DNA of 63,832 nt, counting the filler, from Octopus bimaculoides (lineage: Eukaryota): the NCBI RefSeq assembly GCF_001194135.2. It is 4 parts of 4 records of this genome, joined end to end, with 100 filler letters (N's around TTAATTAATTAA, not from the genome) between each part and the next. Parts side by side here need not be neighbours in the genome. Positions count along the whole stretch, not along the records: positions 1 to 29,478 come from NC_068987.1; 3 more parts are not named here. One strand, given 5' to 3'. Position 1 is the stretch's first letter; every line of letters starts with the position of its first letter. Of this stretch, positions 12,706-24,425 are shown one piece after another. The position numbers and the translations under genes were made by a program. The notes beneath the pieces are model-generated. The model did not search any database. It was not told the DNA's origin and worked only from the letters and a program-made list of their open reading frames with translations.

Positions 12706-14997
12706 CAGTAGAACCTTGCAGTACGAGTGCATCATTGTACGAGTGATTTGCTGTACGAGCCGAGGCTAGTGGGAATTTTTGTCTTGAAGTACGAGTGGAA
12801 ATCTGCAGTATGAGTGGAAATCCGTAGTACGAGTGGAAATTCGTAGTACAAGCGAGTTTCATACAAGCGACCGCTAGTCGGCTCTGAGCTTGCGCACATT
12901 CTCCCAACGAGCGCAGCTTCCGCTCGCTCAGTTCACGTGTTTATCTCGTTGTAGCAGCATCCCTGTTGTGTTTTTCCCAGTATTTGTTTTAGTTTTGTGC
13001 ATGTTTTGCTATTATTTTATAATAATTAACCATGGATCTTAAGAAGGTTAGTGCAAAGGATAGTGCCGAGAAGAAAAAGCTGATTACAAGATAACTGAAG
13101 AAGGAAATCATTGATAAACATGAGAGAGAAGTGCGTGTGGTGGACATAGCATGTCAATACAATCGAAGCACGTTAACGATCTGCACCATCCTGAAGAAAC
13201 AGGATGAGATCAAGGCCGTTTCAACGGCAAAGGGTGTCTCCAGGCTCTCTAAGCAACGCACATCAGTCCAGAAAGAGATGGAAAAATTACTTCTCGTGTG
13301 GATCAACGAGAAGCAACTTGCAGGGGATACGATTATGGAGATCATCAATTGCGAGAAAGCATGAGCGCTGTATCTCCTGAAGCAGAACCCTGGAACATCG
13401 ACGGAAAAGATATCAGTAGACGCATTTAAGGTCAGTCGCGGCTGGTTCTATAATTTCAAAAAGAGCACTGGTGTTCAAAGTGTCGTCAGGTATGGAGCAG
13501 CAGTGAGTTCTGACACGAAGGCAGCTGAGGATTTCGTGCGTGAATTCTGTCAGCTCATCGCAACCGAGGAGCATATTGCACAACAGGTATTCAACTGTTA
13601 TGAACTGGCCTTTTTGAAAAAAAAAATGCCTAGAAGAACCTACATAATTGCAGAGGAGAAGAAAATGCCAGGACACAAGCCTATGAAATATAGGCTAACT
13701 CTCGCCCTTTGTGCCAATGCTAGTGGAGACTTGAAAATTAAGTCGCTCCTTGTCTACCATTCCGAAAACTCACGAGCATTCAAGTCGCATAATATCTTGA
13801 AGTAGAAGCTGCAGATCATGTGAAGAGCAAACGTTAAAGCCTGGGTCACCTGGAAATTCTTCACCGAGTTGGTCAATCTTATCTCCGGGCCAACAATGAA
13901 AATGTCTTTCTGGAGAACGATCTTCCTATCAAGGCCCTCCTCAACCTCGACAATGCTCCTGCTTATCCTCCTAACTTTGAAGATGGACGAATTTGAAGTC
14001 ATAAAATTTCTATACCTTTCACGCAATACCACCCTTGTATTACAGCCCATGGACCAACAGGTGGTTTCTAATTTTAAGAAATTGTACACCAAATACCTGT
14101 TTCGTCGGTGCTTTGAAGTCACCGAAAATACAAATCTAAACCTTCGTGAGTTTTGGAAGGAGCACTACAACATTGTTAACTTCCTGAAAATCTTCGATAT
14201 GGCCTGGCAGGGTGTAACGAGGAGAACGCTGAATTCTGCATAGAGAAAACTGTGGCCTGACTGCGTATCCGAATGAGAATTCAAAGAGTTTGAGTCTGAG
14301 ACACCTGTAGTCGAGGAGATAGTGTCTCTTAGCAGGTCCATGGACCTCGAGGTTGATGATGGGGAGATTAATGATCTCATCGAGGAACACACAGAAGAGA
14401 TGACGGCAGATGAACTCCTGCAGCTTCAGATGCGGTGGAAAAGATTGGTTCCCCGGAGGAGGACAGTGTAGCAGAGAGGGCTATCTCTACGAATGACATA
14501 AAGGCAGAGTTGGCAAAGTGGCAGTTTCTTTCTGAATTTGTAGACAAATATCATCCTGAAAAAGTATCTACAGGTAGTGCAGCTGCTTTATTTAATGATA
14601 CTGCTCTGGCGCATTTTCGTAACATTTTGAAAGGCAAAAAAAAAGCGGATTTCTCTTGATACATTTCTAATGAAACGGCCTGCATGTGTGAAAAGTGAAG
14701 ATCGTGTGTCCAAAAAGCCTAAACTAAGCGAAATGAGACAGAAAACATTAGAAATTGTTCTTCCCAAAGTCTTAATGGAAGGAGATTCTTCCGAACAATA
14801 GTTGTCATTTTCCTTGTAACTGCATCTTTTCTGTTTTAAAACCCATAAAAATATATTTTGGGGTGGTTTTGAGGGATTGGAACGGATTAATTATATTTTT
14901 ATTAATTTCAATGGGGAAAATTGATTTGTATAACGAGTAAATCGTAAAACAAGCTCGCTCATGGAACGAATTAAACCTGTACTGCGAGGAACCACTG
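12706..14997 (+). mobile_element. Full-length decayed Tigger/pogo DNA transposon (about 2.29 kb)
   Basis: TIRs CAGTAGAACCTTGCAGTAC and (reverse complement) CAGTGGTTCCTCGCAGTAC, TA on both sides (12704-5, 14998-9), and transposase remnants inside. Confidence 0.93.
13032..14801 (+). pseudogene. Tigger/pogo (TIGD1-like) transposase pseudogene
   Basis: ATG at 13032. HTH/CENP-B segment (EMEKLLLVWINEKQLAGD), KKMPRRTYI..EEKKMPGHKP, RLTLALCANASGD, LDNAPAYPP, QPMDQQVVSNFKKLY, and C-terminus VLMEGDSSEQ*. Multiple stops and frameshifts. Confidence 0.9.
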
Positions 14998-17900
14998 TAT
15001 TTTTAATTTATATGTGGAACACAAATATCCTGTTTCTCTGTAGAACACTTTATTCTACATGAAGTTAATTTATCTAAAGTTCTGCAATAAGACTTATATG
15101 ATCAATTTTTCATCCTTAAACAAAAATCCACCAATTGTTTTGATCTTTCTGGCTACTGGATCCTGGCCCTAGGTCTGAATACGTGTTCTGTTGTTATCGT
15201 AGTTGTTGTTCTTATTGTTGTTGCAGTTGTTGAACTCCAGATCTATGACCAAAAGTGTTCCAGTCATAACCAAACCGTATACTTTTTCAGGAATAGTTTA
15301 TCTCGGACTACATGACTCAGTGTGAGTTTTCTATTTTTAAAGGCGATATAATATGATTTCATGGACGACTGGCTACTATTTCTAGCAGTTCAAATGAACA
15401 TGTAGAGCGATCATATGAAGATTTCCTCATTGAAGCACAGATTCCATATTGTGGCTGGCAGGCTGGCTGGCTGGCAGGCTGGCTGGCTGGCTGCCTGGCT
15501 GACTGGTAGAGTTAGTGATGGAAGTGGTGGAGGTGGTGAATTCATCACATACATTGGATATCTTGGCTGACCACAAAGGTTTGCCAACTGATAGTCATAG
15601 CAGCCCGCTGGTAACGCTAAAACTTTGAAGCTATTTTATCTTCCAATCTCCCGCGTCAACAACGAATTTTATATTTCAACATTAACAATATCAAATGCAT
15701 TCTTTTATCAATCTTACAATACTAATAAATCTTTAGGTTGTGAAATTTCGGCACTAAAGCTGTGGAAAATGAATTAAAAGTTGTATTTATGTCTTTGAAT
15801 AATTACAGAAGTGTTAGTCATAATGGTTTCTTGAATTCAATCTCGTATTATTTCCTGTGTGCAGTGACTTTGCTACTATAACTTGCAGTGTAAATTCTAT
15901 ATATGATTATCTATAAAGCAAAGTGGTCTCAGTAAAGACATTTAGCTTCGCTAAAAGTTATTCGATTTTTATTTCACTCGATGAAAATGTATTTATTTCA
16001 TCTTTGGCCCTGTGCACACAGAACATGCGAGCATCAGGTTTGAAAATAAGCGTGCTGCAATATAAACAAGTCCTTCAAATAATAATATACATATGTGCAT
16101 GTTTGTGTGTGTCCAGTTTTAAGACCCAATGTCTTAGTTGAAATAACGAGATACGATCAACATGAAGCTTTACTACTACCACTACTACTACTACTACTGC
16201 TGCTGCTGCTGTTACTGCTTCTGTTGCTTCTGCTGCTACTGCTGCTGCTGCAGCTACTACTATTAATAGTAATAGTAGTAGTAGTAGTTGTAGTAGTAGT
16301 AGGAGGAGTGGTGGTGGTGGTTTTGGTAGTAGTAGTAGTGTCAGGTTAACAATATATGCATATATGTGTGTATGTATGTATGTATGTATATNNNNNNNNN
16401 NATATGCATTTAAGTTATAGATACAGTGTTTATATTTCTATGTTTATTTCCAAAACTTGATATCTGATAAGTATAAAACAGTGGAAATAATTGAAACGAT
16501 TTCTATTTACTTATAAGTGAAACGTCAATTGTTCCATTTATTTTAAGATATATAAAATAAATATAAATAAAAGTTTCAGACACTTTAAATCAATGTCGAA
16601 TGTAAACAGATATCATATATTTATTTAAAGTTTGATCAGATGAAGTAAAGTTACACAGGTTGACATTTGAACTTTCGTTCATTTCTTGAAAATAATTTCA
16701 GTTTGGGAAACAGTTTTAACAATCCGTCATTTCTTCCTTTGGCAATAGTGTTAGGTATTACTGTTTCATTAAGAGGAAGAGTACCACCCACGATCCATCC
16801 CTTTGCAGGATTTCAGTCCTTGCTGGAAGGGAGCGAAGTGGTCCTTAGAAAGGGACCTAGTTACAAATGATTGTAACAGATTCCATTAGAGGCACCTGAG
16901 GACCAGGTAAGGAGCAGCTTAAATCAACGACAAATTGCCACTCGGTTTCTTCCTACCGAACTTTACAGAAGTGTTATGAACATGAACTTTGCCCACAAAG
17001 TTATAGGGGTCCAAATGTTTTGGACGTAGACTCCTGTGCAAGGTGCTGTGCAGCGGGATCGAATTTGAGAACATGCAGTTTCAAAATGAGCTTCTTAACA
17101 AGACAGCCATACTTGAGCTCAGGCGTAAGAAGTCTCAAATCATCCTATAGAAATAATGGATTCATGATGCTTTAAAATACTGGCTTTTGGGGTCTTATTC
17201 TCATCGAGAATGCATGAGATAACAAGACTTAACGAGAAACCAACAACATTTTCTTTAAATAACTATCTACTTTCTTAAATAATAAGGAACATGTTAAGTA
17301 AAGTACTCCTAGATTCACACTCCCTGAAAACGATGCCGTTTAGTGATAGTTGGAAAGTATTTGATTATAGATATAATTCACTTTGCAGATATCTTCAATA
17401 GAATGCTGTTCGGCATATCAGCATCGGGGCTGAGTGTAATTCCCAAGATACCTTCTTCCATATCCTCTCTGGGCCTCTACACATTGTAATGGTTGGCGTT
17501 CAACCCACTACAAGGATTTCTAACATCTATTTTGAAGAAGGCAACGATCAATCATAGTGAACCCAGTACTTGATTTACCTTTCCATTTTATCAACATCGG
17601 AAGGCCGAAAGGTAAATTGGAACTCACTCGGATGTGAACTTATGTAGCATCTATTCTGTCATTCCAAGCCTTAATAATAACTGATCATAATTTAGAAACA
17701 ACGCCAACGCTTTTACAGTTAGTCGATTACACCAGTTTACTGGTGTTTCATTCTACCAGTCCTGATAGGATGCTAGACAACGTAAGTCTTCGACGGGATC
17801 TGAGCTCAATGAATAAAAACTCGAAAAACATACTACAAGGCATTTCGTCCAACGGTATAACAGTTCTTTCGATCTAATGTTTTTCATCGTCCTAATAATA

Positions 17901-18203
17901 TTAATGATAATTAAAAAGGTGGTGAGCTGGCAGAATCGTTAGCATGCCGGATCTCCCCCCGAATCTGGTGGCTTTGTGCCAGAATTTGAAGCCAATTTTA
18001 ATGATGATTCATGTTTCAGAATCCTTAGAAGAAATGTTACCAACAGTTACAGAATTTCATCTTTTACTTCATCTTGTTTCTGTATTTTGCTGGATTAGTT
18101 TTCATTTTCTATACATTTCAACACATACATACGCGCGTGCACATGCGCGCGTGCACATTCGCGCGCACAGACACAGACACAGCTATCTATCCCTCTGTCT
18201 TTC

Positions 18204-18280
<77 letters not shown>

Positions 18281-19079
18281 NNNNNNNNNNNNNNNNNNNN
18301 NNNNNNNNNNNNNNNNNNNNNNNNNNNNNNNNNNNNNNNNNNNNNNNNNNNNNNNNNNNNNNNNNNNNNNNNNNNNNNNNNNNNNNNNNNNNNNNNNNNN
18401 NNNNNNNNNNNNNNNNNNNNNNNNNNNNNNNNNNNNNNNNNNNNNNNNNNNNNNNNNNNNNNNNNNNNNNNNNNNNNNNNNNNNNNNNNNNNNNNNNNNN
18501 NNNNNNNNNNNNNNNNNNNNNNNNNNNNNNNNNNNNNNNNNNNNNNNNNNNNNNNNNNNNNNNNNNNNNNNNNNNNNNNNNNNNNNNNNNNNNNNNNNNN
18601 NNNNNNNNNNNNNNNNNNNNNNNNNNNNNNNNNNNNNNNNNNNNNNNNNNNNNNNNNNNNNNNNNNNNNNNNNNNNNNNNNNNNNNNNNNNNNNNNNNNN
18701 NNNNNNNNNNNNNNNNNNNNNNNNNNNNNNNNNNNNNNNNNNNNNNNNNNNNNNNNNNNNNNNNNNNNNNNNNNNNNNNNNNNNNNNNNNNNNNNNNNNN
18801 NNNNNNNNNNNNNNNNNNNNNNNNNNNNNNNNNNNNNNNNNNNNNNNNNNNNNNNNNNNNNNNNNNNNNNNNNNNNNNNNNNNNNNNNNNNNNNNNNNNN
18901 NNNNNNNNNNNNNNNNNNNNNNNNNNNNNNNNNNNNNNNNNNNNNNNNNNNNNNNNNNNNNNNNNNNNNNNNNNNNNNNNNNNNNNNNNNNNNNNNNNNN
19001 NNNNNNNNNNNNNNNNNNNNNNNNNNNNNNNNNNNNNNNNNNNNNNNNNNNNNNNNNNNNNNNNNNNNNNNNNNNNNNN

Positions 19080-19142
19080 GGGAATGAACCCGGAACCATG
19101 TGGTTGGTAAGCAAGCTACTTACCACACAGCCACTCCTGCGC

Positions 19143-19143
<1 letters not shown>
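19080..19143 (-). mobile_element. Head of a second tRNA-derived SINE family, truncated by an assembly gap
   Basis: Reverse complement reads GGCGCAGGAGTGGCTGTGTGGTAAG...CACATGGTTCCGGGTTCATTCC (A- and B-box-like). Related degenerate heads at about 3760-3830, 3950-4010, 17060-17120 and 20900-20952. Confidence 0.75.

Positions 19144-19212
<69 letters not shown>
19143..19212. repeat. (TCTA)n microsatellite
   Basis: Direct reading. Confidence 0.97.
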
Positions 19213-19237
19213 GTATGTATATATATGCTTATATGTA

Positions 19238-20508
19238 TTAGGTTGGCAACTTAGTTACCGCCGTCTTTTTTTTTAACTTAAATTTTTTAAAAGGTTTAAT
19301 AAAAAATAACAACTAATTAATCAATAATGCATTCACCCTTGTTGTTTACAACTTCTTCCCAACGGTCAACAAGATTTTCATTACCTCGTTGGTAGAAATC
19401 ACCCGATTTCGACTCGAAAATTTGATCCAATCAAGCTCTCAATTCTGCATCAGTATTGAACGAAACTACGCGCATAGCATTTGAAAGAGATCGAAAGAGG
19501 TGGAAATCCGTTGGTGTCAAATCAGGAGAGTACGGCAGGTCTGGCAGCACTTCCCAGTCATGCGTTGGAATGGCTTCCTTGGTCATATTGGCGATGTGAA
19601 GGCGGGCGTTGTCGTGCAGCAGAAGAACTCCATGCTGACGATTAGGTCTTTTCTCTTGAATAGTCGTTTTGAGTCGTTCCATCTGCTGAACATAGAGTTC
19701 CGCATTGGCCGTTTAGTTCCGTTCTAGCAATTCGTAATGGATAATCACTTCCCAGTCCCACCATACACACAACATCGTTTTACGCGGATGAAGATCTTGT
19801 TTCACGCGCGGTGTCGCTTGTTTACCGGGGCTAAGCCATTCCTTACGCTGCTTCATATTGATGTACAGGCACCATTTTTCGTCGCCAGTAACGATTCGGT
19901 CCATGAGTTGAGCGGTGAAGAGCAAGCAAACCAGCGGAGTTTGTGGCTCGTTGATTTTTGTTGTTGTCACTTAAAGCAGGCAGAACCAATGTTCAATACT
20001 TCTGAACCTTTGCCATCGTGTAAAGATGCTTCCCTATATCAGTGTGGGAGCATTCCATTTTCTGTGCCAGTTCCCTTGTTGTTTGACGAGAATTTTCGTG
20101 CAAAAGTTGGTTTAATCATTCTTCATCGAACTCAACTGGACGGACAGAACGAGGTGTAAATTTGAGGTCAAAATTTCCATTTTTGAACTTGGCATACCGA
20201 TCACGAGTGGTTCTTTCAGCTCTGGCACCCTCTATATACAAAGCACAAATGTTGCGAGCGGCTTTTGCGGCCTTAGGACCTTGATTAAAAGGAAAAAGAA
20301 GGTGTCGAAAATGCTCGTTTTTCTTAACTTGACATTCTATTTTAATGATCTGAAAATAAACAAAAAACTAACTAAAATTAACTAGAAAAAGAAATAGATT
20401 CCAAAATGATTCAAAAATAGAATTCTCGAAAAAAATAGATTCCAAAACTTAAAAACGCAATAAATTCCAAAATTTAGAAAAGCAGCGGGAACTTAGTTAC
20501 CAACCCAA
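19238..20508 (-). mobile_element. Full-length decayed mariner (DD34D) transposon, 1271 bp
   Basis: About 28-bp TIRs TTAGGTTGGCAACTTAGTTACCGCCG and (reverse complement) TTGGGTTGGTAACTAAGTTCCCGCTG, with TA TSDs. Motifs VTGDEKW, WLSPG, KTMLCVWWD, LLHDNARLH and PYSPDLTPTDFHLF; stops and frameshifts present. Confidence 0.95.
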
Positions 20509-20536
20509 TATATATAGACATACATATATATATGTG

Positions 20537-20583
<47 letters not shown>

Positions 20584-21095
20584 GCAGTAATACCTGTCGT
20601 TGATCGGGTAATTACTTTTACTCTTTCTCAGGATCCACATCCAAAGTGTTATTATATCTACAGAGTTACTTCTCCTGTATGTGTGTATTTTATAAGAGAA
20701 AAACATGTAATAACTGAAGTAGAAAAGAAATCAATTTCATACACGAACTTCTGTTTGTTTATTGTATGACAATAACAAGTGAGTTGTATGTGTTATTTTA
20801 TATATCAATACAGTAATGGCAATTATATAATACACAAGGCCTTATTCTGCACAGACCTGTAATGAAAGAGAACTGCCGAATGTGCAGCACAATGATACTG
20901 AATTCAAGGTGACATGGTTAGAAAGCAAGCTTCTCAACCGCACAGCCACGCCTATAAAGGTGAGATATGTTTTGGATAATATACTCCTTGATACAATATG
21001 CTTAACAAAAAGATGGATGTTTACGGCGAGAAGACTTTGATTTTAATATTTACTCGACCAACACAACAACTAACAACGCTACACGTTACATCATA

Positions 21096-21564
21096 CAGGT
21101 GTCCCAGAATTAACTGTTTCAATGAAACTGAGCAAATTTTTAAAATCATCTGACAGAATTTTATGCTTATTACTTAATTATGATACCAAAACAAATAGAT
21201 TTATAAATTTTACATCAAAACTTTATTGAAAATTTTCAACATGTCTTTATCCCTGCATACTTCAAATCTCTCCTTGGCATTGTGAAACACATTTTGAAGC
21301 ATTTCAGGAGTTAGCTCCTGCACTGCTAATTGAATGCTTTCTTTAAGCTCAGCTAAACGATTGCTCCATCTTGGGGATGAAGGTAAAGAATATGATTGGC
21401 GCCAAATTGAAACAAAAGCTGTCGTGGACAAATAAGAGGGGTCCAACAGGAATGAAAATAAAATTATAAACAAATTATAAAAATTATAAAATTATAAACA
21501 AAATTCAAAATGTATACACTTTCAACACATTAAACATAATAAACATTAATTGTGGGACACCATG
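21096..21564 (-). mobile_element. Internally deleted Tc1/mariner element (MITE-like, 469 bp)
   Basis: TIRs CAGGTGTCCCAGAATTAA and (reverse complement) CATGGTGTCCCACAATTAA, TA flanks. Retains a transposase C-terminus (LAELKESIQLAVQELTPEMLQNVFHNAKERFEVC). Confidence 0.85.
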
Positions 21565-21569
21565 TATTT

Positions 21570-22335
21570 ACTCGTCAGACTAAACGTGAGAGAGAACACA
21601 GAGGCGGGGGACTAATTGAAGGTGGCGAGCGTAGCTTCTGGAAATGGTCACGAGGTCAAACTCGAATGGCTGTGAGTCACAACATTTAGTAGTTTGTTTT
21701 GTATTTTTTTGTATGAACATTTTGCATTATATAGTTCAGATATGGATGACATAGAAAGCAGACATGCTTCCGGGCCATGATGCGTTGTGCGGGATTGGAA
21801 ACGTGAATCATCAACAAAGCACTTCTGGAAAATGGATGGATGGGTTTCTTGTGCCTTTACCCAGCCGCACACATACACGTACACACAAACTTGCACACAC
21901 ACACACACACACACAAGTACGTACCTCTATCCGGCCGCGCGCGCGCGCGTACGCACACACACACACACACATGGCCCGGTGGTGCGCGGGATGGTAACAG
22001 GGCGCCGACAAAAATTTTAATGTTCTCATTTTTCCTGCCAAACTGGACAAAAAGGTTTTCATGAAATATTACACGCTACTTGAAATGCATAAGTAGTGTC
22101 AATATTTTATCGTCGGAAAATGACCTAAAACAAAGATAAAACCCAGTGCAGTATATTCAAATCTGCGGTTTATCTGTCTTTGGGCCTGCATTAGGCAAGA
22201 AGTTGAAAAAAATGTTTTTAGCCCATGACACTCCACAGACTCTAAGTAATGCATGTGAAAAATTTGAATGAAATCGGTTGGGTACTTCTCGAGTTTTAGG
22301 GATTCACACAGACAGACGCACATTCTCAGTTTCAT
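21570..22335 (+). mobile_element. Possible non-autonomous Helitron/Helentron-like (HINE/DINE-type) element with internal (AC)n/(CG)n tract
   Basis: 3' part AAATTTGAATGAAATCGGTTGGGTACTTCTCGAGTT...CACAGACAGACGCACATTCTC resembles, from recall, the 3' ends of such elements. The 5' boundary is uncertain. Confidence 0.35.
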
Positions 22336-22558
22336 GTATGCATGTATGTATGTATGTATATATATATAACTCTTCGAAACGCCTGTGTTAGGATGGTGGC
22401 AGCTGATGAAGGAAAATGTTCTCTATGTGGGCTGTGTGTATTCTGTACTCTGGTTATTATTATTTTTTTGTCTACGTTTTGTTTGCACCTATATATACAG
22501 GTAGATGTAGGTATGCACATACTTGTACGTATATATGCATATACTCATTTATTATTTG

Positions 22559-22601
<43 letters not shown>

Positions 22602-22604
<3 letters not shown>

Positions 22605-23486
22605 CGTGCGATGAGTAAATTGTTGCCATTTTTTTATTTCTTATTTTGCGCACGTACATTGTTTGTTTTTGCTTTTGTTAACTGCACAGTATAGTAGAGT
22701 TTATTGGGTACCGTCTGTGAGAAAAACAGCACTATGGCGCAATTCACTCTGCCATAAATTTGGAGAAGACATGTTGTACTGCTTGGCATTCGTACCGGAA
22801 GCTCCATTACGAACATTCCAGAGTGTTTGTTTGTCAATCTGAAGACAGTGCAATATGAGGACAGGTACCGAGAGTGATAAAAATCAAACATCTTGTCATT
22901 ATCATGGTGTTTGGAGAGATCACTAGTGATGGTAAGGTTATGCTCCCATTCATCTTCCACACTGCCTCAAATTCAACAGGAGGCCTACATCAAGTGCTTT
23001 GAAGAAGTAGTGCTGCCCTGGATCAAGAGGGTGGCTGCTAGACGAGCCTATGTCTGGCAACAGGACTCTGCAACATGCCACACAAGCAGGAGAACCCATT
23101 CATGATTGTCAGACAATTTCTGCAGCTACACCACTCCTAACATCTAGCCACCTAACTCTCCAAACTGCACCCCCACCTTAATTATTATGTGTGGAGCGCA
23201 GTTGAGCGAGAGACCAACAAAACTCCTTGTAACACCAAAGATGAACTGTAGCAAGGAGTATGGCAGCATTTACCAACTTAAACAAGGAGACCATCTAGAA
23301 GAGCTGCAGGAGATTCCGAAGTTGTTTGGAATCCATGGTAAAAGTCAATGGCGACTTTATTAAATAGATTTACTCTTTAGTATTTCAAGACATTTCTATG
23401 TAATTTTGGTAAAAATATCTGCTAAAATAAGATGTCAGTGTTATTTTCACTTTTGCGTAATTTAGACGACAGTTTATTTATCGTAC

Positions 23487-23491
<5 letters not shown>
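22602..23491 (+). mobile_element. maT (DD37D) Tc1/mariner element, internally deleted, both TIRs present
   Basis: TIRs ACAGCGTGCGATGAGTAAATTGTTGCC and (reverse complement) ACAGGGTACGATAAATAAACTGTCGTC. Motifs IMVFGEITSDG and YVWQQDSATCH, with a degenerate PPNSP motif. Confidence 0.85.
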
Positions 23492-23563
<72 letters not shown>

Positions 23564-23944
23564 TTTTATTTATTTATTTATTTATTTATGTGTTTCAGCC
23601 AAGTGGCTGCGGTCATGCTGGTGCACCAATATATATATTGCTTTCTTTTTGTTTGTATGCTTCGAAATACTTACCCCTCACATCATTTCCAAAATATAGT
23701 AGTAAACGTTATAAGCTTACAGTTGACCCCAATGAGCTTATGTGTTACCATATTTATTTACTGGATGTGAATACTATTCACCCGTGGTAAGAGACAACAA
23801 TAACTTAAGATTGATGGCTAGAAACAGCCGATCAACTTCTGACCAAATTCCATTCTTTTTCTTTTACTTACCTTTTTTTCTGTTCTTTGGCAGTTGACTT
23901 CCTTTCGCTTCGAGGAAGACAGTATTGTGCTGGTAGATCCCTAT

Positions 23945-24400
23945 ATCTAGACTTCTGCCAGGATCAGATGGTGAACATACAGAACAACCTTTGGTTTCTT
24001 GTGTCCCCAAAGCATGTACTGAGACTGATAAAAATCAAACATCCAGTCAACATTATGGTGTTTGGAGTGATCATTAGTGATGGCGACGTTATGCCCCCAT
24101 TCATCTTCCCGCACGGTCTCAGACTCAATATGGGGGTCTACATCAAGTGCCTTGAGGAGGTAGTGCTGCCCTGTATCAAGAGGGTGTTTGATGGAAGAAC
24201 CTATGTCTAGCAACAGGACACTGCACCATGCTGCACAAGCAGGAGAATCCATTCATGATTGTCAGACAGTTTCTGCGACCACATCACCCCGAACATCTGT
24301 CCACCTAACTCCCCAGACTGCAATCCCCTTGATCATTATGTGTGGGGCGCAGTTGAGCGAGGGACCAACAAAACTCTTTGTAACACCAAAGATGAACTGC
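23945..24400 (+). mobile_element. maT (DD37D) transposase fragment, second copy
   Basis: FCQDQMVN..KHPVNIMVFGVIISDGDVMPPFIFPHGLRLN..QQDTAPC..PPNSPDCNPLDHYVWG. I count 37 residues between the second and third catalytic Asp. Confidence 0.9.
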
Positions 24401-24425
24401 AGGCAGTTACCTCAACTTCAATTCC

